From assembly GCA_035390125.1 (NCBI GenBank), contig DAOOTD010000002.1, forward strand, positions 233,908 to 297,907: DNA of 64,000 nt. The letters run 5' to 3'. The notes below the pieces were generated by a model that worked only from the letters and a program-made list of their open reading frames with translations, was not told the origin of the DNA and searched no databases. The position numbers and the translations under genes are program-made. Position 1 is the stretch's first letter, and the number at the start of each line of letters is the position of its first letter. The stretch is from Candidatus Moraniibacteriota bacterium. GTDB taxonomy: Bacteria; Patescibacteriota; Minisyncoccia; Moranbacterales; GWC2-37-73. Below, in pieces: positions 48,478 to 58,424 of this stretch.

Positions 48478-49764
48478 ATGCAAATAAAAAATAATTTCAA
48501 TCTTTCTGCGAAAAAAATGTTTGCCTTATTAATTATTTCAGCCTTAATTGGTGGAGGAATTATTTATTTAACTTTTGACAATATTTCAAAGGGAACTAAA
48601 AAATATCAAGAATGGAAAAATGAAAAACAAGTCGGATTTTTTGAAAAATTAAGAGATAATTTTAAAACAAAAGAACCAAAAAACATGCAGTCTGTTAAAA
48701 TAATTGATGAACAGTCACAAGTAATCGAAGTTGTCAAAAAGGCCTCTCCGGCAGTTGTGAGTATAGTAGCTTCAGCGCAAGTGCCAAAATTTGAAACTTA
48801 TTTTGAGGATCCTTTTTTCGGTGATGATTTTTCATCTTTTTTTAATTTTCGCATTCCACAGCAACGTCAAAATGGCACTGAAGAAAAAAAGATCGGCGCT
48901 GGAACCGGATTTGTAGTTTCTTCCGATGGATATATCATAACCAATAAGCATGTGGTTAATGAAGAAGATGCTGATTATACCGTTTATCTTAATGATGAAA
49001 AAAATCGTGGCGAGAAAATAAAAGCTAAAGTAGTGGCACGCGATCCAAAAAATGATTTGGCAGTTTTAAAAATTGACAAAAGAGATTTGCCATTTTTAAC
49101 CTTTAGTGATTCTAGCCATTTGCAAGTTGGACAAACAGTAATTACTATCGGTTATGCCTTAGGAGAATTCGACAACACTGTCAGTAAAGGAGTCATTTCT
49201 GGCTTATCAAGGTCTATAACGGCTGGAGGCGGATTCACAAAAACCGAAGAACTAAAAAATTTGATTCAAAGTGATGCAGCTATTAATCCTGGAAACTCAG
49301 GAGGTCCCATGCTAGATATTGAAGGAAATGTGATTGGCATTAATGTGGCTATGGCTAATGCCGAGAATATTGGCTTTGCTATTTCTGGAAATGAAGCTAA
49401 AGCCGTTTTTGAAGAAGTAAAAAACACGGGCTCAATAAGTAAAAAAGAAACTGCATTTTTGGGTGTCAGGTATGTGTTAATTGATGAAAAGTTAAAAGCT
49501 GATAATAATCTGCCATACGAATATGGCGCATTAGTGGCACGCGGAGAAGCCAGAACTGATTTAGCCGTTATTCCGGGTTCGCCAGCTGATAAAGCAGGCA
49601 TAATGGAAAATGACATTATTTTGGAGGTTAATGGTCAAAAAATAACAAAAAGAAATCAACTTTCTGATTTAATTGCCACAAAAAAACCCAACGAAGAGAT
49701 AAATTTGAAAATTTATCATAAAGGCGAAGAAGAGGATTTGAAAATAGTCTTAGGAAAAAATTAA
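48478..49764 (+). CDS. htrA: HtrA/DegP-family serine protease with PDZ domain
   Basis: GTGFVVSSDGYIITNKHVV, NPGNSGGPM; N-terminal TM helix. Confidence 0.85.
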   Translation: MQIKNNFNLSAKKMFALLIISALIGGGIIYLTFDNISKGTKKYQEWKNEKQVGFFEKLRDNFKTKEPKNMQSVKIIDEQSQVIEVVKKASPAVVSIVASAQVPKFETYFEDPFFGDDFSSFFNFRIPQQRQNGTEEKKIGAGTGFVVSSDGYIITNKHVVNEEDADYTVYLNDEKNRGEKIKAKVVARDPKNDLAVLKIDKRDLPFLTFSDSSHLQVGQTVITIGYALGEFDNTVSKGVISGLSRSITAGGGFTKTEELKNLIQSDAAINPGNSGGPMLDIEGNVIGINVAMANAENIGFAISGNEAKAVFEEVKNTGSISKKETAFLGVRYVLIDEKLKADNNLPYEYGALVARGEARTDLAVIPGSPADKAGIMENDIILEVNGQKITKRNQLSDLIATKKPNEEINLKIYHKGEEEDLKIVLGKN

Positions 49765-49802
49765 AAAAATTTCGTCGATCAATGAAGGCATGGTTAAAAT
49801 TT

Positions 49803-49837
49803 AAAAATCGCCCTTAAAATCTGGGCGATTTTTTTTA
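49803..49837 (+). terminator. Rho-independent terminator after htrA
   Basis: AAAATCGCCC-ttaaaatct-GGGCGATTTTTTTT. Confidence 0.65.
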
Positions 49838-49849
49838 TTGTATACAAAG

Positions 49850-49921
49850 TTGGGGAGGAGGGATTCGGACCCCCGCATGCCAGGACCAAAACCTGGTGCC
49901 TTACCGCTTGGCTACTCCCCA
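49850..49921 (-). tRNA. tRNA-Gln (anticodon TTG)
   Basis: Reverse complement is UGGGGAG-UA-GCCA-AGCGGUAA-GGCA-C-CAGGU-UU UUG GU-CCUGG-CAUGC-GGGGG-UCCGAAU-CCCUC-CUCCCCA-A. The U1-A72 pair is typical of bacterial tRNA-Gln. Confidence 0.75.
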
Positions 49922-50000
49922 ATAAATAAGCTTTTAGCTAGCTAATGAAAATAATTCACCCCATTAACAAAAAGCTAAAAAGATAATTAAAATAACAAAG

Positions 50001-51617
50001 CTATTCAATTACCGTACCACCCATCATATCCAAAGCTTGAGTTAAAAGAGAACTGGTTTTTCTTGGTTTTTTTTCTTCTTTTGCAACTTCCTTATTTTTT
50101 ATCCCTGCTTCTTGAGTTGTAAAAGCCTTGATGCATAAATGGAACCCTAAGATTTTAGCAAAAACAGATTCCATTGTCAATCTATTGTCATTATCATTTA
50201 GTTTGTCTTTATGAAAGGGAAATCTAGCTGCAATACTTACAGTTCCTTTCTCAGCTTTAAAGGGATGGCAGCTTTGCAAAATGGCCGAAAGGCTGTGATT
50301 AATTGGTTTTATTTCTTCTACAAACTGTTTCCAATATTTGTTTATATCTTCGATAGTTAAATCAGAATTTTTTGATATGATATAATTTTTATCATTTTTT
50401 AATGACGAGGCTGATGTGTTAATATCACTTTGGGCATTATCAGATTCTGAATCCCTCGAAGCAATTTTTCTTATTGACGGAATATTTTTTATTTGATCTT
50501 TATCGTGAACATTTTCATTTTTATATCCAAATCCAATAGCTTTAACAATAGCCATTTCTAAAGGAAGTTGTGGAATAAAGGAAGATTTTATTTTTCCCTG
50601 TATTTCCATAAAACACTGTATTATAAAAAGCAATTTTTCAGGATCTTGATCTTCACTCTGTTTTATTAAATGAGCAACTTGTTCTTTTGTAAGCTCGAAT
50701 GAAAAAAGTTTAGAAAGTTTTTCATCGACAATAACCAGCATCAGTTGACGCAAATAATTTAGAAGTGATTTATTAAATACATCAAGATCATAACCTTCCT
50801 GTGAAAGACTATTTATCAGTCCAATAGATTCAGTTGAATTCTTGTCCAAAATATATCCGACCAACTTTTCTAACGATTGGCGTTGAGAAGTTCCTAAAAT
50901 TTCCTCAACTTCCTTGGCGGTTATTTTTTTATTTTCCAGTGACATAACTTGCGACAAGAGTGATTCTGCATCACGCATTCCGCCTTCAGCAGAAATAGCA
51001 ATCATTTCTAAGGCTTCTTTTTCTATTTCAATTTTTTCACTTTTTGCAATGAGTGAAAGTTTTTTTATGATATTATCAACCGGCAAACGCGCAAAATCAT
51101 AACGCTGGCAACGGGAAATTATTGTTTCAGGCACTTTATGAATTTCGGTGGTGGCTAAAATAAAAATTACATGAGCAGGCGGCTCTTCCAGTGTTTTGAG
51201 CAGGGCATTAAAAGCCCCAGTTGAAAGCATATGGACTTCATCAATTATGTAAACTTTATATTTTGCTTGGGAAGGAGGAAATTTAACATTTTCTCTTAAT
51301 TCTCTTATGTTATCAACTCCCGTGTTTGAAGCGGCATCTATTTCAAAAATATCTAGAGATCTGCCTTCGTTTATGCTTTTACAGATATCGCATTTCAAAC
51401 AAGGTTCTGTGCCTTTAATATTTTGGCAATTTATTGCACGAGCAAAAATACGAGCCAAAGTTGTTTTACCGGTTCCGCGAGGTCCCGTAAAAAGATAAGC
51501 ATGGCCGATCCTGTCATTTTTTATGGCATTAGAAAGTGTCTGGACTATATGTCCTTGCCCTATTACATCCGAAAATGTAAGTGGTCGATATTTTCTATAT
51601 AAAGCGACTGATGACAT
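50001..51617 (-). CDS. dnaX: DNA polymerase III subunit gamma/tau
   Basis: YRKYRP...GQ...HAYLFTGPRGTGKTT AAA+ clamp-loader N-terminus. Confidence 0.9.
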   Translation of the reverse strand: MSSVALYRKYRPLTFSDVIGQGHIVQTLSNAIKNDRIGHAYLFTGPRGTGKTTLARIFARAINCQNIKGTEPCLKCDICKSINEGRSLDIFEIDAASNTGVDNIRELRENVKFPPSQAKYKVYIIDEVHMLSTGAFNALLKTLEEPPAHVIFILATTEIHKVPETIISRCQRYDFARLPVDNIIKKLSLIAKSEKIEIEKEALEMIAISAEGGMRDAESLLSQVMSLENKKITAKEVEEILGTSQRQSLEKLVGYILDKNSTESIGLINSLSQEGYDLDVFNKSLLNYLRQLMLVIVDEKLSKLFSFELTKEQVAHLIKQSEDQDPEKLLFIIQCFMEIQGKIKSSFIPQLPLEMAIVKAIGFGYKNENVHDKDQIKNIPSIRKIASRDSESDNAQSDINTSASSLKNDKNYIISKNSDLTIEDINKYWKQFVEEIKPINHSLSAILQSCHPFKAEKGTVSIAARFPFHKDKLNDNDNRLTMESVFAKILGFHLCIKAFTTQEAGIKNKEVAKEEKKPRKTSSLLTQALDMMGGTVIE

Positions 51618-51728
51618 GTTTTTATGTATATGTTTAGGTAATTTTTCTCTTTCTGCTATTGTAGCACCTTGTCTGCAAAAACAAAACTCCCCAAATCAGG
51701 GAGTTTATGGTGCAATAAAAAACATTGT

Positions 51729-52388
51729 TTATTTTTTAAAAACCCAGAGCTTATAGCCAATAAAATTCCAGACTAATCCAGCGATGCTTCCGAATGCGGC
51801 TCCTATCAATCCAAGTTGGTCAGAAGAAAGACCAACTAATGAACCTATTATTATCTTAAAAACTATAGAGGCCACAAAAACATTAATCAAGAATCCAATA
51901 ATACTAACTGCAAAAAATTGTATAAATTCCGAGCGTGTTTGTTTTTTGTTTTGCTGCTCAAAGGTCCAATATTTATTCCAAAAATAACTATTAATATTTG
52001 CAATTATAAATGAAATAGATTTATAAAGTGAATAGAAAGTTATAGCTCCAATAAGAGATGTTTTTGAATCAATGTTTAAAAACAATCTAAAAGCAAACGT
52101 CAAAAGTGCGAGAAATCCAATATCTACCAGTGTGTTCAAAATTCCTATGAGTCCGAATTTTGCAATTTGATAGATAATGGGTATTTTTTTTCCTATAAAA
52201 AAAGCTATCCGAAGACCTATGGGTGTGGCTAAAAGAAAAAAGGGGATTATAACTAGGGCAAATTTTGAATAAATATAGGGGTTGGCGGCTTTGAGTATTG
52301 GAAGAAATAATAATCCTATAAACAAACCAGCGACTAAGGCTAATTTATAATCTCTTTGCGTTATCCTGATTTTGTTTGGTTTTTTCAT
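51729..52388 (-). CDS. GtrA-family membrane protein (polyprenol-phosphate-sugar flippase-like) with N-terminal 2-TM extension
   Basis: C-terminal LVWNFIGYKLWVFKK; GtrA-like 4-TM core. Confidence 0.55.
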   Translation of the reverse strand: MKKPNKIRITQRDYKLALVAGLFIGLLFLPILKAANPYIYSKFALVIIPFFLLATPIGLRIAFFIGKKIPIIYQIAKFGLIGILNTLVDIGFLALLTFAFRLFLNIDSKTSLIGAITFYSLYKSISFIIANINSYFWNKYWTFEQQNKKQTRSEFIQFFAVSIIGFLINVFVASIVFKIIIGSLVGLSSDQLGLIGAAFGSIAGLVWNFIGYKLWVFKK

Positions 52389-52400
52389 AAATATTTTTTA

Positions 52401-53144
52401 TTAAGCTTGTGCTGCAATTTCTTTTTCCAGTTCATCTATTTCGGATGTCCATTCGTCCTCAATATCTTCTTTTTTAGGAACCGATTTTTCTTCCAAAGAA
52501 ATTTCATTATTCGAATCTTTTTTCCAAGAATTGAATCCTCCGTCTGCAGGAAGCTTTGTTTTCTTCTCCTTTTTTTGGTCAGAAAATCCATGACCCCCTT
52601 TAGAAATGACATTTTCAATTGCAGCCCAGGAAGAATCGACTTCTCTTGGGATCATAACAACCACTTCATCTCCTGGTTCAGCCTTAAAATAGGTTATAGA
52701 AGCTAGCAAAACCTTAAATGCCTTACCTTCTGAGAATATAAAGTAATTTCCTTTTTCGTCCTGGCTTACGATTCCAATAACGCTTTTACGCTGAGCCGGT
52801 CCGATTTGCTTATATATGAAAGACCCGTCAGGAGTTATTGTAAGCTTCAGGACATCTCCTTCAACGAGTTTTGATTTAGATGCGTAGTTAGCAGGTACAG
52901 GATATTGTTTTCCATCTGTTCCGATCATGACTTGTCCATCAAAGGTGCCTTCAACTATGTTGCCTTCCACTTCATCCTCAGCTTTCTTTTTGCGTCCAGT
53001 TTTTTTCTTACCTTCCAATTGAAGCAGCATAGCTTTTGCGCTTTGCATGGTTTTTTCAGCATTAAGCATCATCTGGCGCAACATTTCTATCTTATGAGCT
53101 TTTTCATTTTCGCTTAGCTCGCTTATTTTTTGATTTTTTGCCAT
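52401..53144 (-). CDS. Hypothetical protein (N-terminal coiled coil, acidic C-terminus)
   Basis: ORF only; no recognisable motif. Confidence 0.35.
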   Translation of the reverse strand: MAKNQKISELSENEKAHKIEMLRQMMLNAEKTMQSAKAMLLQLEGKKKTGRKKKAEDEVEGNIVEGTFDGQVMIGTDGKQYPVPANYASKSKLVEGDVLKLTITPDGSFIYKQIGPAQRKSVIGIVSQDEKGNYFIFSEGKAFKVLLASITYFKAEPGDEVVVMIPREVDSSWAAIENVISKGGHGFSDQKKEKKTKLPADGGFNSWKKDSNNEISLEEKSVPKKEDIEDEWTSEIDELEKEIAAQA

Positions 53145-53427
53145 TTTTGTTTTAAACGGTAACAATCCAGGAACCCCCCTAAAGTGTCACCCGTATTTTG
53201 ATATTTGTTTTTATGCTGAAATTATATAATATATCCCTAAAATAGGCAACTGGCTTAAAAAGAATAAATATAAGCACAAAAAATTATCTTGAATATATAG
53301 CCGATAAATAGTAAAATAACAATGCAATGAAAAAAGTCTTTTTAAGGTAAATAAATTTTAGTTAAATAATTTCTGTTTAAATGCTGATATTGCTTATAAA
53401 TTATTTTAATAAATATTAAAATCCAGC

Positions 53428-55962
53428 ATGCTAAAAATAAACGGACTAAGCGAAAAAGAAGCAAAAAAACGCTTAAAATTAGAGGGTTACAACGAGCTTC
53501 CAAATAAAAAAGAAGATGGCATTTTTTATATTTTAGAAAAGATATTAAAAGAGCCAATGTTTATGCTCCTCATAGCTTGCGCAGTTTTTTATTTATTTTT
53601 AGGAGACACAAAGGAGGCCATTATATTAGCAAGCTCTATTTTTATTATTATAGGCATAGATTTTTATCAGGAGCGAAAAACAGAGAAAGCCCTATTAGCC
53701 TTGCGGAACTTATCTAGTCCCCGTGCTTTGGTTTTGCGTGATGGCAAAAGAGAAAAGATTTCTGGACGTGAAGTAGTTAGGGGTGATATTATTTTTATTT
53801 CAGAGGGTGACCGTGTCCCCGCCGATTCTATGGTTTTGCAATCAACTAGTCTTGCTGTTGATGAATCGTTATTAAGCGGAGAATCTGTGCCAGTGCATAA
53901 ATCTATTTGGGATGGGAAAATTAAATTCGGAAGGCCTGGAGGAGACAATACTCCTTTTATCTTCAGCGGGAGTATGGTTATCAGCGGACAAGCCATGGCC
54001 AGAGTTATAAATATAGGTATAAATACGGAAATCGGTAAAATTGGGAAATCATTATCAACGCTAAAAACAGAAAGAACAGATTTACAAAAACAATCTGCTT
54101 CTCTGATAAAATTATATGCATCTATAGGAATGTTGCTTTGTTTTTTGGTTTTTATTGCTTATGCAGTTACTCAGCAGGACATCGTAAATGGATTGTTGGC
54201 TGGATTGTCACTGGCTATGTCGGTTTTGCCTGAAGAATTTGCAGTTGTTATGACAGTTTTTTTAGCCTTGGGAGCTTGGCGCATATCTAAACATAATGTG
54301 CTTACCCGTAGAATTCCAGCAGTTGAAACTCTGGGCGCTACTACGGTTTTATGTGTTGATAAAACCGGGACTCTGACTGAAAACATGATGACAATAAAAA
54401 ATCTTTGGATAAAGGGCAATATTTTTAATTTGAAGGATAAAAATGAATTTTTCGGTGACGAATGTCAGGAATTAATAAAGTATGGTTTACTTGCCAGTTC
54501 GTTAAGTCCATTTGATCCGATGGAAAAATCCATACAAAAAACTGCCGAAAAAATATTAAAGAAAAAAGATTTCATTAATAATAAGTGGGTTCTTAGAAAA
54601 ACTTACTCTTTGTCGAGTGATTTTTTAGCTATGTCTCATGTCTGGAGTTTTTCAGGTGAAAAAAAATATTTAATCGCTGCCAAAGGCTCCCCAGAGGCGA
54701 TTTTGGATCTTTGCCATTTAAACCAGCAAGAAAAAAATGAAATTGAATTGGGTGTAGAAACAATGGCGGGTAATGGTCTGAGAATAATCGGTGTTGCAGT
54801 TGCTGATTTTGAAGGTGATCTTCCCCGAAATCAGCATGAATTTAAATTTAAATTTGTTGGACTGTTGGGTTTTAGTGATCCATTAAAAAAGGAGGTTGCG
54901 CAAGCTGTTCAAGAATGTCGTAATGCCGGCATAAAGATCATTATGATAACTGGAGACTATATGTCTACTGCTAAAAAAATTGCTCAAGAAGCGGGGATTT
55001 ATAATGGGGGCCAAATTATAATCGGACAAGAATTGGAAAAGATAAGTTCAAAAGAATTAAGGAAAATAATAAGCAAAGTAAATGTATTTGCGCGGACCAT
55101 GCCAGAACAGAAATTAAAAATAGTTGAAGCGCTGAAAGCTAATGGTGAAATTGTTGCTATGACGGGAGACGGAGTAAATGATGCGCCAGCCCTGAAAGCT
55201 GCCAATATTGGAATAGCAATGGGTGGCAGAGGAGCTGATGTTGCCCGTGAAGCTTCATCACTTGTTTTATTGGATGATAATTTTACATCTATAGTTAAAG
55301 CTATACGAATGGGGAGGAGAATATATGAAAATCTAAAAAAGGCTACAGTTTTTATTTTCGCTGTTCATTTGCCTATAGCTAGCTTGGCTGTTTTTCCTGC
55401 TATTTTGAATTTACCCCTGGTTTTGATGCCTATTCATATAGTTTTTTTAGAAATGATTATTGATCCGGCTTGTTCTATTGTTTATGAATCTGAAAAAGAA
55501 GAAAAAAACATTATGAATAAACCTCCGAGAAAATTAAATAGCAAGCTGATGGACAACTACGTTTTGGCGAATGGTTTTGTCCAAGGGATAAGTGGGGCAT
55601 TAGCAGTTCTAGTTGTTTATTGGATTGCTTATGCACAAGGATATGAGGTTGAAAAAATACGTGCCTTGGCATTTTTTGCTTTAGTAATTTTCAACTTAGC
55701 GCTGATTTATATAAATAGATCAAGATCGAAATTATTTTTTTCTATAATAAAAGAAAAAAATGTAGCTGCTTGGTGGATTACTTTCGGGACATTTTTATTG
55801 CTAGTTTTGTCATTGTCCTTTCCGTTTATGATGGATATCTTCCATTTTTCCAGCGTAAATTTAAAAGAAATCGCAGTTCCCATCCTTTCTGTAATAGTTG
55901 CAATCGCAATGGCAGAATTTTTAAAACTGTTCTTTTTAAGAAAGCATAGTGAATATTTGTGA
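53428..55962 (+). CDS. P-type cation-transporting ATPase (type II, Ca2+/Mg2+-like)
   Basis: CVDKTGTLTEN phosphorylation motif; TGDGVNDAPALKAANIGIAMG; 10 TM helices. Confidence 0.9.
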   Translation: MLKINGLSEKEAKKRLKLEGYNELPNKKEDGIFYILEKILKEPMFMLLIACAVFYLFLGDTKEAIILASSIFIIIGIDFYQERKTEKALLALRNLSSPRALVLRDGKREKISGREVVRGDIIFISEGDRVPADSMVLQSTSLAVDESLLSGESVPVHKSIWDGKIKFGRPGGDNTPFIFSGSMVISGQAMARVINIGINTEIGKIGKSLSTLKTERTDLQKQSASLIKLYASIGMLLCFLVFIAYAVTQQDIVNGLLAGLSLAMSVLPEEFAVVMTVFLALGAWRISKHNVLTRRIPAVETLGATTVLCVDKTGTLTENMMTIKNLWIKGNIFNLKDKNEFFGDECQELIKYGLLASSLSPFDPMEKSIQKTAEKILKKKDFINNKWVLRKTYSLSSDFLAMSHVWSFSGEKKYLIAAKGSPEAILDLCHLNQQEKNEIELGVETMAGNGLRIIGVAVADFEGDLPRNQHEFKFKFVGLLGFSDPLKKEVAQAVQECRNAGIKIIMITGDYMSTAKKIAQEAGIYNGGQIIIGQELEKISSKELRKIISKVNVFARTMPEQKLKIVEALKANGEIVAMTGDGVNDAPALKAANIGIAMGGRGADVAREASSLVLLDDNFTSIVKAIRMGRRIYENLKKATVFIFAVHLPIASLAVFPAILNLPLVLMPIHIVFLEMIIDPACSIVYESEKEEKNIMNKPPRKLNSKLMDNYVLANGFVQGISGALAVLVVYWIAYAQGYEVEKIRALAFFALVIFNLALIYINRSRSKLFFSIIKEKNVAAWWITFGTFLLLVLSLSFPFMMDIFHFSSVNLKEIAVPILSVIVAIAMAEFLKLFFLRKHSEYL

Positions 55963-56278
55963 AAAATATATGCGGAATTATGCAAAAATAGGAGGAAAAA
56001 AAGGGAGGCCAGCCTATAGGACACCCTCGTCATTTAAAATGAAGGTTATTCAAGTTGTGAGCAAAATTCCTAAGGGTAAAACTATTGCATATAAACAAGT
56101 GGCAAAATTAGCCGGAAACCCAAGGGCTTGCCGGGCAGTAGGAAATATTTTAAACAAAAATTATGACGCAAAAATACCATGCCATAGGGTGATCAGAAGT
56201 GATGGGAGTATTGGCGGGTACAACAGAGGAGCTGGAAAAAAGAAAAAAATGCTAAAAGCAGAGAATGCGATTAAATAA
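55949..56278 (+). CDS. Short methylated-DNA-protein-cysteine methyltransferase (MGMT C-terminal domain only)
   Basis: Active-site IPCHRVI with the helix-turn-helix VAKLAGNPRACRAVG. Overlaps the ATPase stop by 14 nt; alternative start at 56039. Confidence 0.65.
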   Translation: MNICEKYMRNYAKIGGKKGRPAYRTPSSFKMKVIQVVSKIPKGKTIAYKQVAKLAGNPRACRAVGNILNKNYDAKIPCHRVIRSDGSIGGYNRGAGKKKKMLKAENAIK

Positions 56279-56330
56279 AATCTGTTTTTGTGTTAATATA
56301 AAAATGTAATTTTTTATTAAATAAAATTTT

Positions 56331-56594
56331 ATGGAAAATTTTCTATTGGAAAATTTATGGATTGTTATTCTTATAATTGCGTGGTCAATCCCGTGGAAAG
56401 GAATTGCTTTATGGCGGTCGGCCAGAAATGGACATCTAGCCTGGTTTGTAGCGCTCTTATTTATCAATTCTATGGCGATTTTGGATATTATATATATTTT
56501 AATATTTAGCAGAAGCAAGCGGGAAATCAGCGAAAATCCAGATATGAAAATACAAAAAAATCAGGATTTCATGCGCAAAAATAAATTCGTTTAG
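56331..56594 (+). CDS. Hypothetical small membrane protein
   Basis: Two TM helices with WKGIALWRSARN between them. Confidence 0.35.
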   Translation: MENFLLENLWIVILIIAWSIPWKGIALWRSARNGHLAWFVALLFINSMAILDIIYILIFSRSKREISENPDMKIQKNQDFMRKNKFV

Positions 56595-56599
56595 TTTTT

Positions 56600-57181
56600 A
56601 TGCCAGTTAAAAATAATTCAGAAAAAATGTTGGCATCAATATTATTGTCAGGCGGGATTGGTGTTTTTCCGACTGATACTCTTTATGGGGTTGTAGGCAG
56701 TGCACTTAGCAAAAAATCGGTTGAGCGGATTTATAAATTGCGAAAAAGAGAATCCAAAAAACCGATGATAATCTTGATTTCATCAGTTAAAGATTTGAAG
56801 ATTTTTGGGATAAGAACAAATTCTAAACAGAGAGATATCCTAAGAAAACTCTGGCCCGGAAAAATAAGCGTAATTTTTGATTGTCCGCTGAAAAAATTTT
56901 CACATCTTCACCGAGGCACAAAAACCTTAGCTTTGCGTCTGCCGAAGGATAAATGGCTGATAAGTTTTTTGAAAAAAACTGGACCGTTGGTGGCTCCCAG
57001 TGCTAATATTGCAGGAAAAAAACCAGCTGAAAATTTTGCTGAAACAAAAATTTTTTTTAGAGAAAAAGTAGATTTTTATGTTGATAAGGGAAAGTTAAAA
57101 TCAAAACCTTCGACTCTTATAAAAATTGATAAGAAGGGCAAAATAGAAATTTTGCGCCAAGGCGCGGCAAAAGTTAAGTAG
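56600..57181 (+). CDS. tsaC: L-threonylcarbamoyladenylate synthase (YrdC/TsaC domain)
   Basis: GGIGVFPTDTLYGVVGSA and KxR motifs. Confidence 0.8.
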   Translation: MPVKNNSEKMLASILLSGGIGVFPTDTLYGVVGSALSKKSVERIYKLRKRESKKPMIILISSVKDLKIFGIRTNSKQRDILRKLWPGKISVIFDCPLKKFSHLHRGTKTLALRLPKDKWLISFLKKTGPLVAPSANIAGKKPAENFAETKIFFREKVDFYVDKGKLKSKPSTLIKIDKKGKIEILRQGAAKVK

Positions 57182-57192
57182 TTTTTCCTTTA

Positions 57193-57714
57193 TTGACAAA
57201 GATAGCGTATAATGCTATTTTTTTAAGTTGTTTAAAATTAAAAAAAGAAAGGGGGAATGATCAAGTGAGTGAAGAAACAATGCAAAATGTTGATTTTTTA
57301 ACTTTATTGAAAGGCAAGATAGAATTGGAAGTTGAAGGTTGGCAAAAACAAATAAAAAGACTGGACGCTCTGAAATCACTTCCTCAATTTTTGGACATCT
57401 TTTCTTCGGAAGAAATAATGAAGCTCAACAAGGAGCAAAGAGCTATGCTTGACATGGTAGATATTCTTCGTGAAGCCAAGGATAAAATTTTATCGGAAGA
57501 AATAAGTCCGAAAAATGCCGGAGAATTGGATAGTATCCTTAAGCTGTCAAAAATGGGGAGACTCAAGGCTAAAAATTTAGTCAGAGAAAAAGCTCCCAAA
57601 GTTTTTCAAATAAAACTGAATTTTTTCCATTTTCTTTTCCATCCATGCCTATCTTTTAAATTTCTAATTTTAAAGATTATGCATAAAAAGTGGGAAAAGA
57701 AAAACAAAAAATGA
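57193..57714 (+). CDS. Hypothetical protein (start uncertain; GTG 57264 or ATG 57281 more likely)
   Basis: ORF only. An RBS AAAGGGGGA precedes the GTG at 57264. Confidence 0.3.
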   Translation: MTKIAYNAIFLSCLKLKKERGNDQVSEETMQNVDFLTLLKGKIELEVEGWQKQIKRLDALKSLPQFLDIFSSEEIMKLNKEQRAMLDMVDILREAKDKILSEEISPKNAGELDSILKLSKMGRLKAKNLVREKAPKVFQIKLNFFHFLFHPCLSFKFLILKIMHKKWEKKNKK

Positions 57715-57724
57715 GAAAAATATC

Positions 57725-57766
57725 CAAAAAATCGCTTAACCTTAAATAGGTTAAGCGATTTTTATT
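57725..57766. terminator. Bidirectional terminator with 16-bp stem
   Basis: AAAAAATCGCTTAACC-ttaaat-AGGTTAAGCGATTTTT between convergent genes. Confidence 0.6.
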
Positions 57767-57785
57767 TATATCTCTATGAACTTGA

Positions 57786-58418
57786 TCAAATTAGGATTAA
57801 AATTATAACCAGGGAAAATGAAAGCAAAAGAAACAGAAAAGAAACTGCATAAAGGTAATAATGTTTCAAAAACCAGGGTTTGTATTGAGAGATTCTTTGG
57901 TTAAGTTCCCCGATATCTTGCAAGATATTCTGGTTTTTATAAACTGGCCTTATTGAATAGGGCTGGTTTTCTTCTTCTCCTATTTTGAAAAATTGAAGAC
58001 TTTTAGCATTGTCTTTAATAGACAAAAAAGTGGCCATAAGGCAAAATTCTTTTTTTTCAGAATCTGATATCGGATCAAATTTAAATTCATATAAATTTTC
58101 CGTATTAAAAAAAGAACCCTTTAATTCTCCTTCGCGCAGAATTTTTTGGCAATTTTCATCGGCGATTTTCATTTCTACCTTGTCGCCATTTTTATATTTT
58201 ATGCCGGGACTGCGAAGTAATACTTCAACCTTTGAAAGGTTGCTTCTTTGTGCAGTAAATTTATGAATGAGTGTTTCTTGCGGCCAAATTTTTACAACTA
58301 ATCCTTTTTTAAGGTAAATGCTTGGTTCAGGAAAATAAAGGAGAGTTGAAAATTTCCAAAAAACAGCAAAAAACATTGCTATTGCAAAAACTATTAATAA
58401 TTTTTTAGAAATTTTCAT
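57786..58418 (-). CDS. Hypothetical membrane-anchored protein
   Basis: TM helices at the N- and C-terminus; no motif. Confidence 0.35.
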   Translation of the reverse strand: MKISKKLLIVFAIAMFFAVFWKFSTLLYFPEPSIYLKKGLVVKIWPQETLIHKFTAQRSNLSKVEVLLRSPGIKYKNGDKVEMKIADENCQKILREGELKGSFFNTENLYEFKFDPISDSEKKEFCLMATFLSIKDNAKSLQFFKIGEEENQPYSIRPVYKNQNILQDIGELNQRISQYKPWFLKHYYLYAVSFLFLLLSFSLVIILILI

Positions 58419-58424
58419 GTGTTG

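Noticed and set aside
53166-53427. AT-rich 260-nt divergent intergenic region scanned for tRNA or ncRNA.
   Set aside because: No cloverleaf or conserved structure visible; likely only promoters for the flanking divergent genes.
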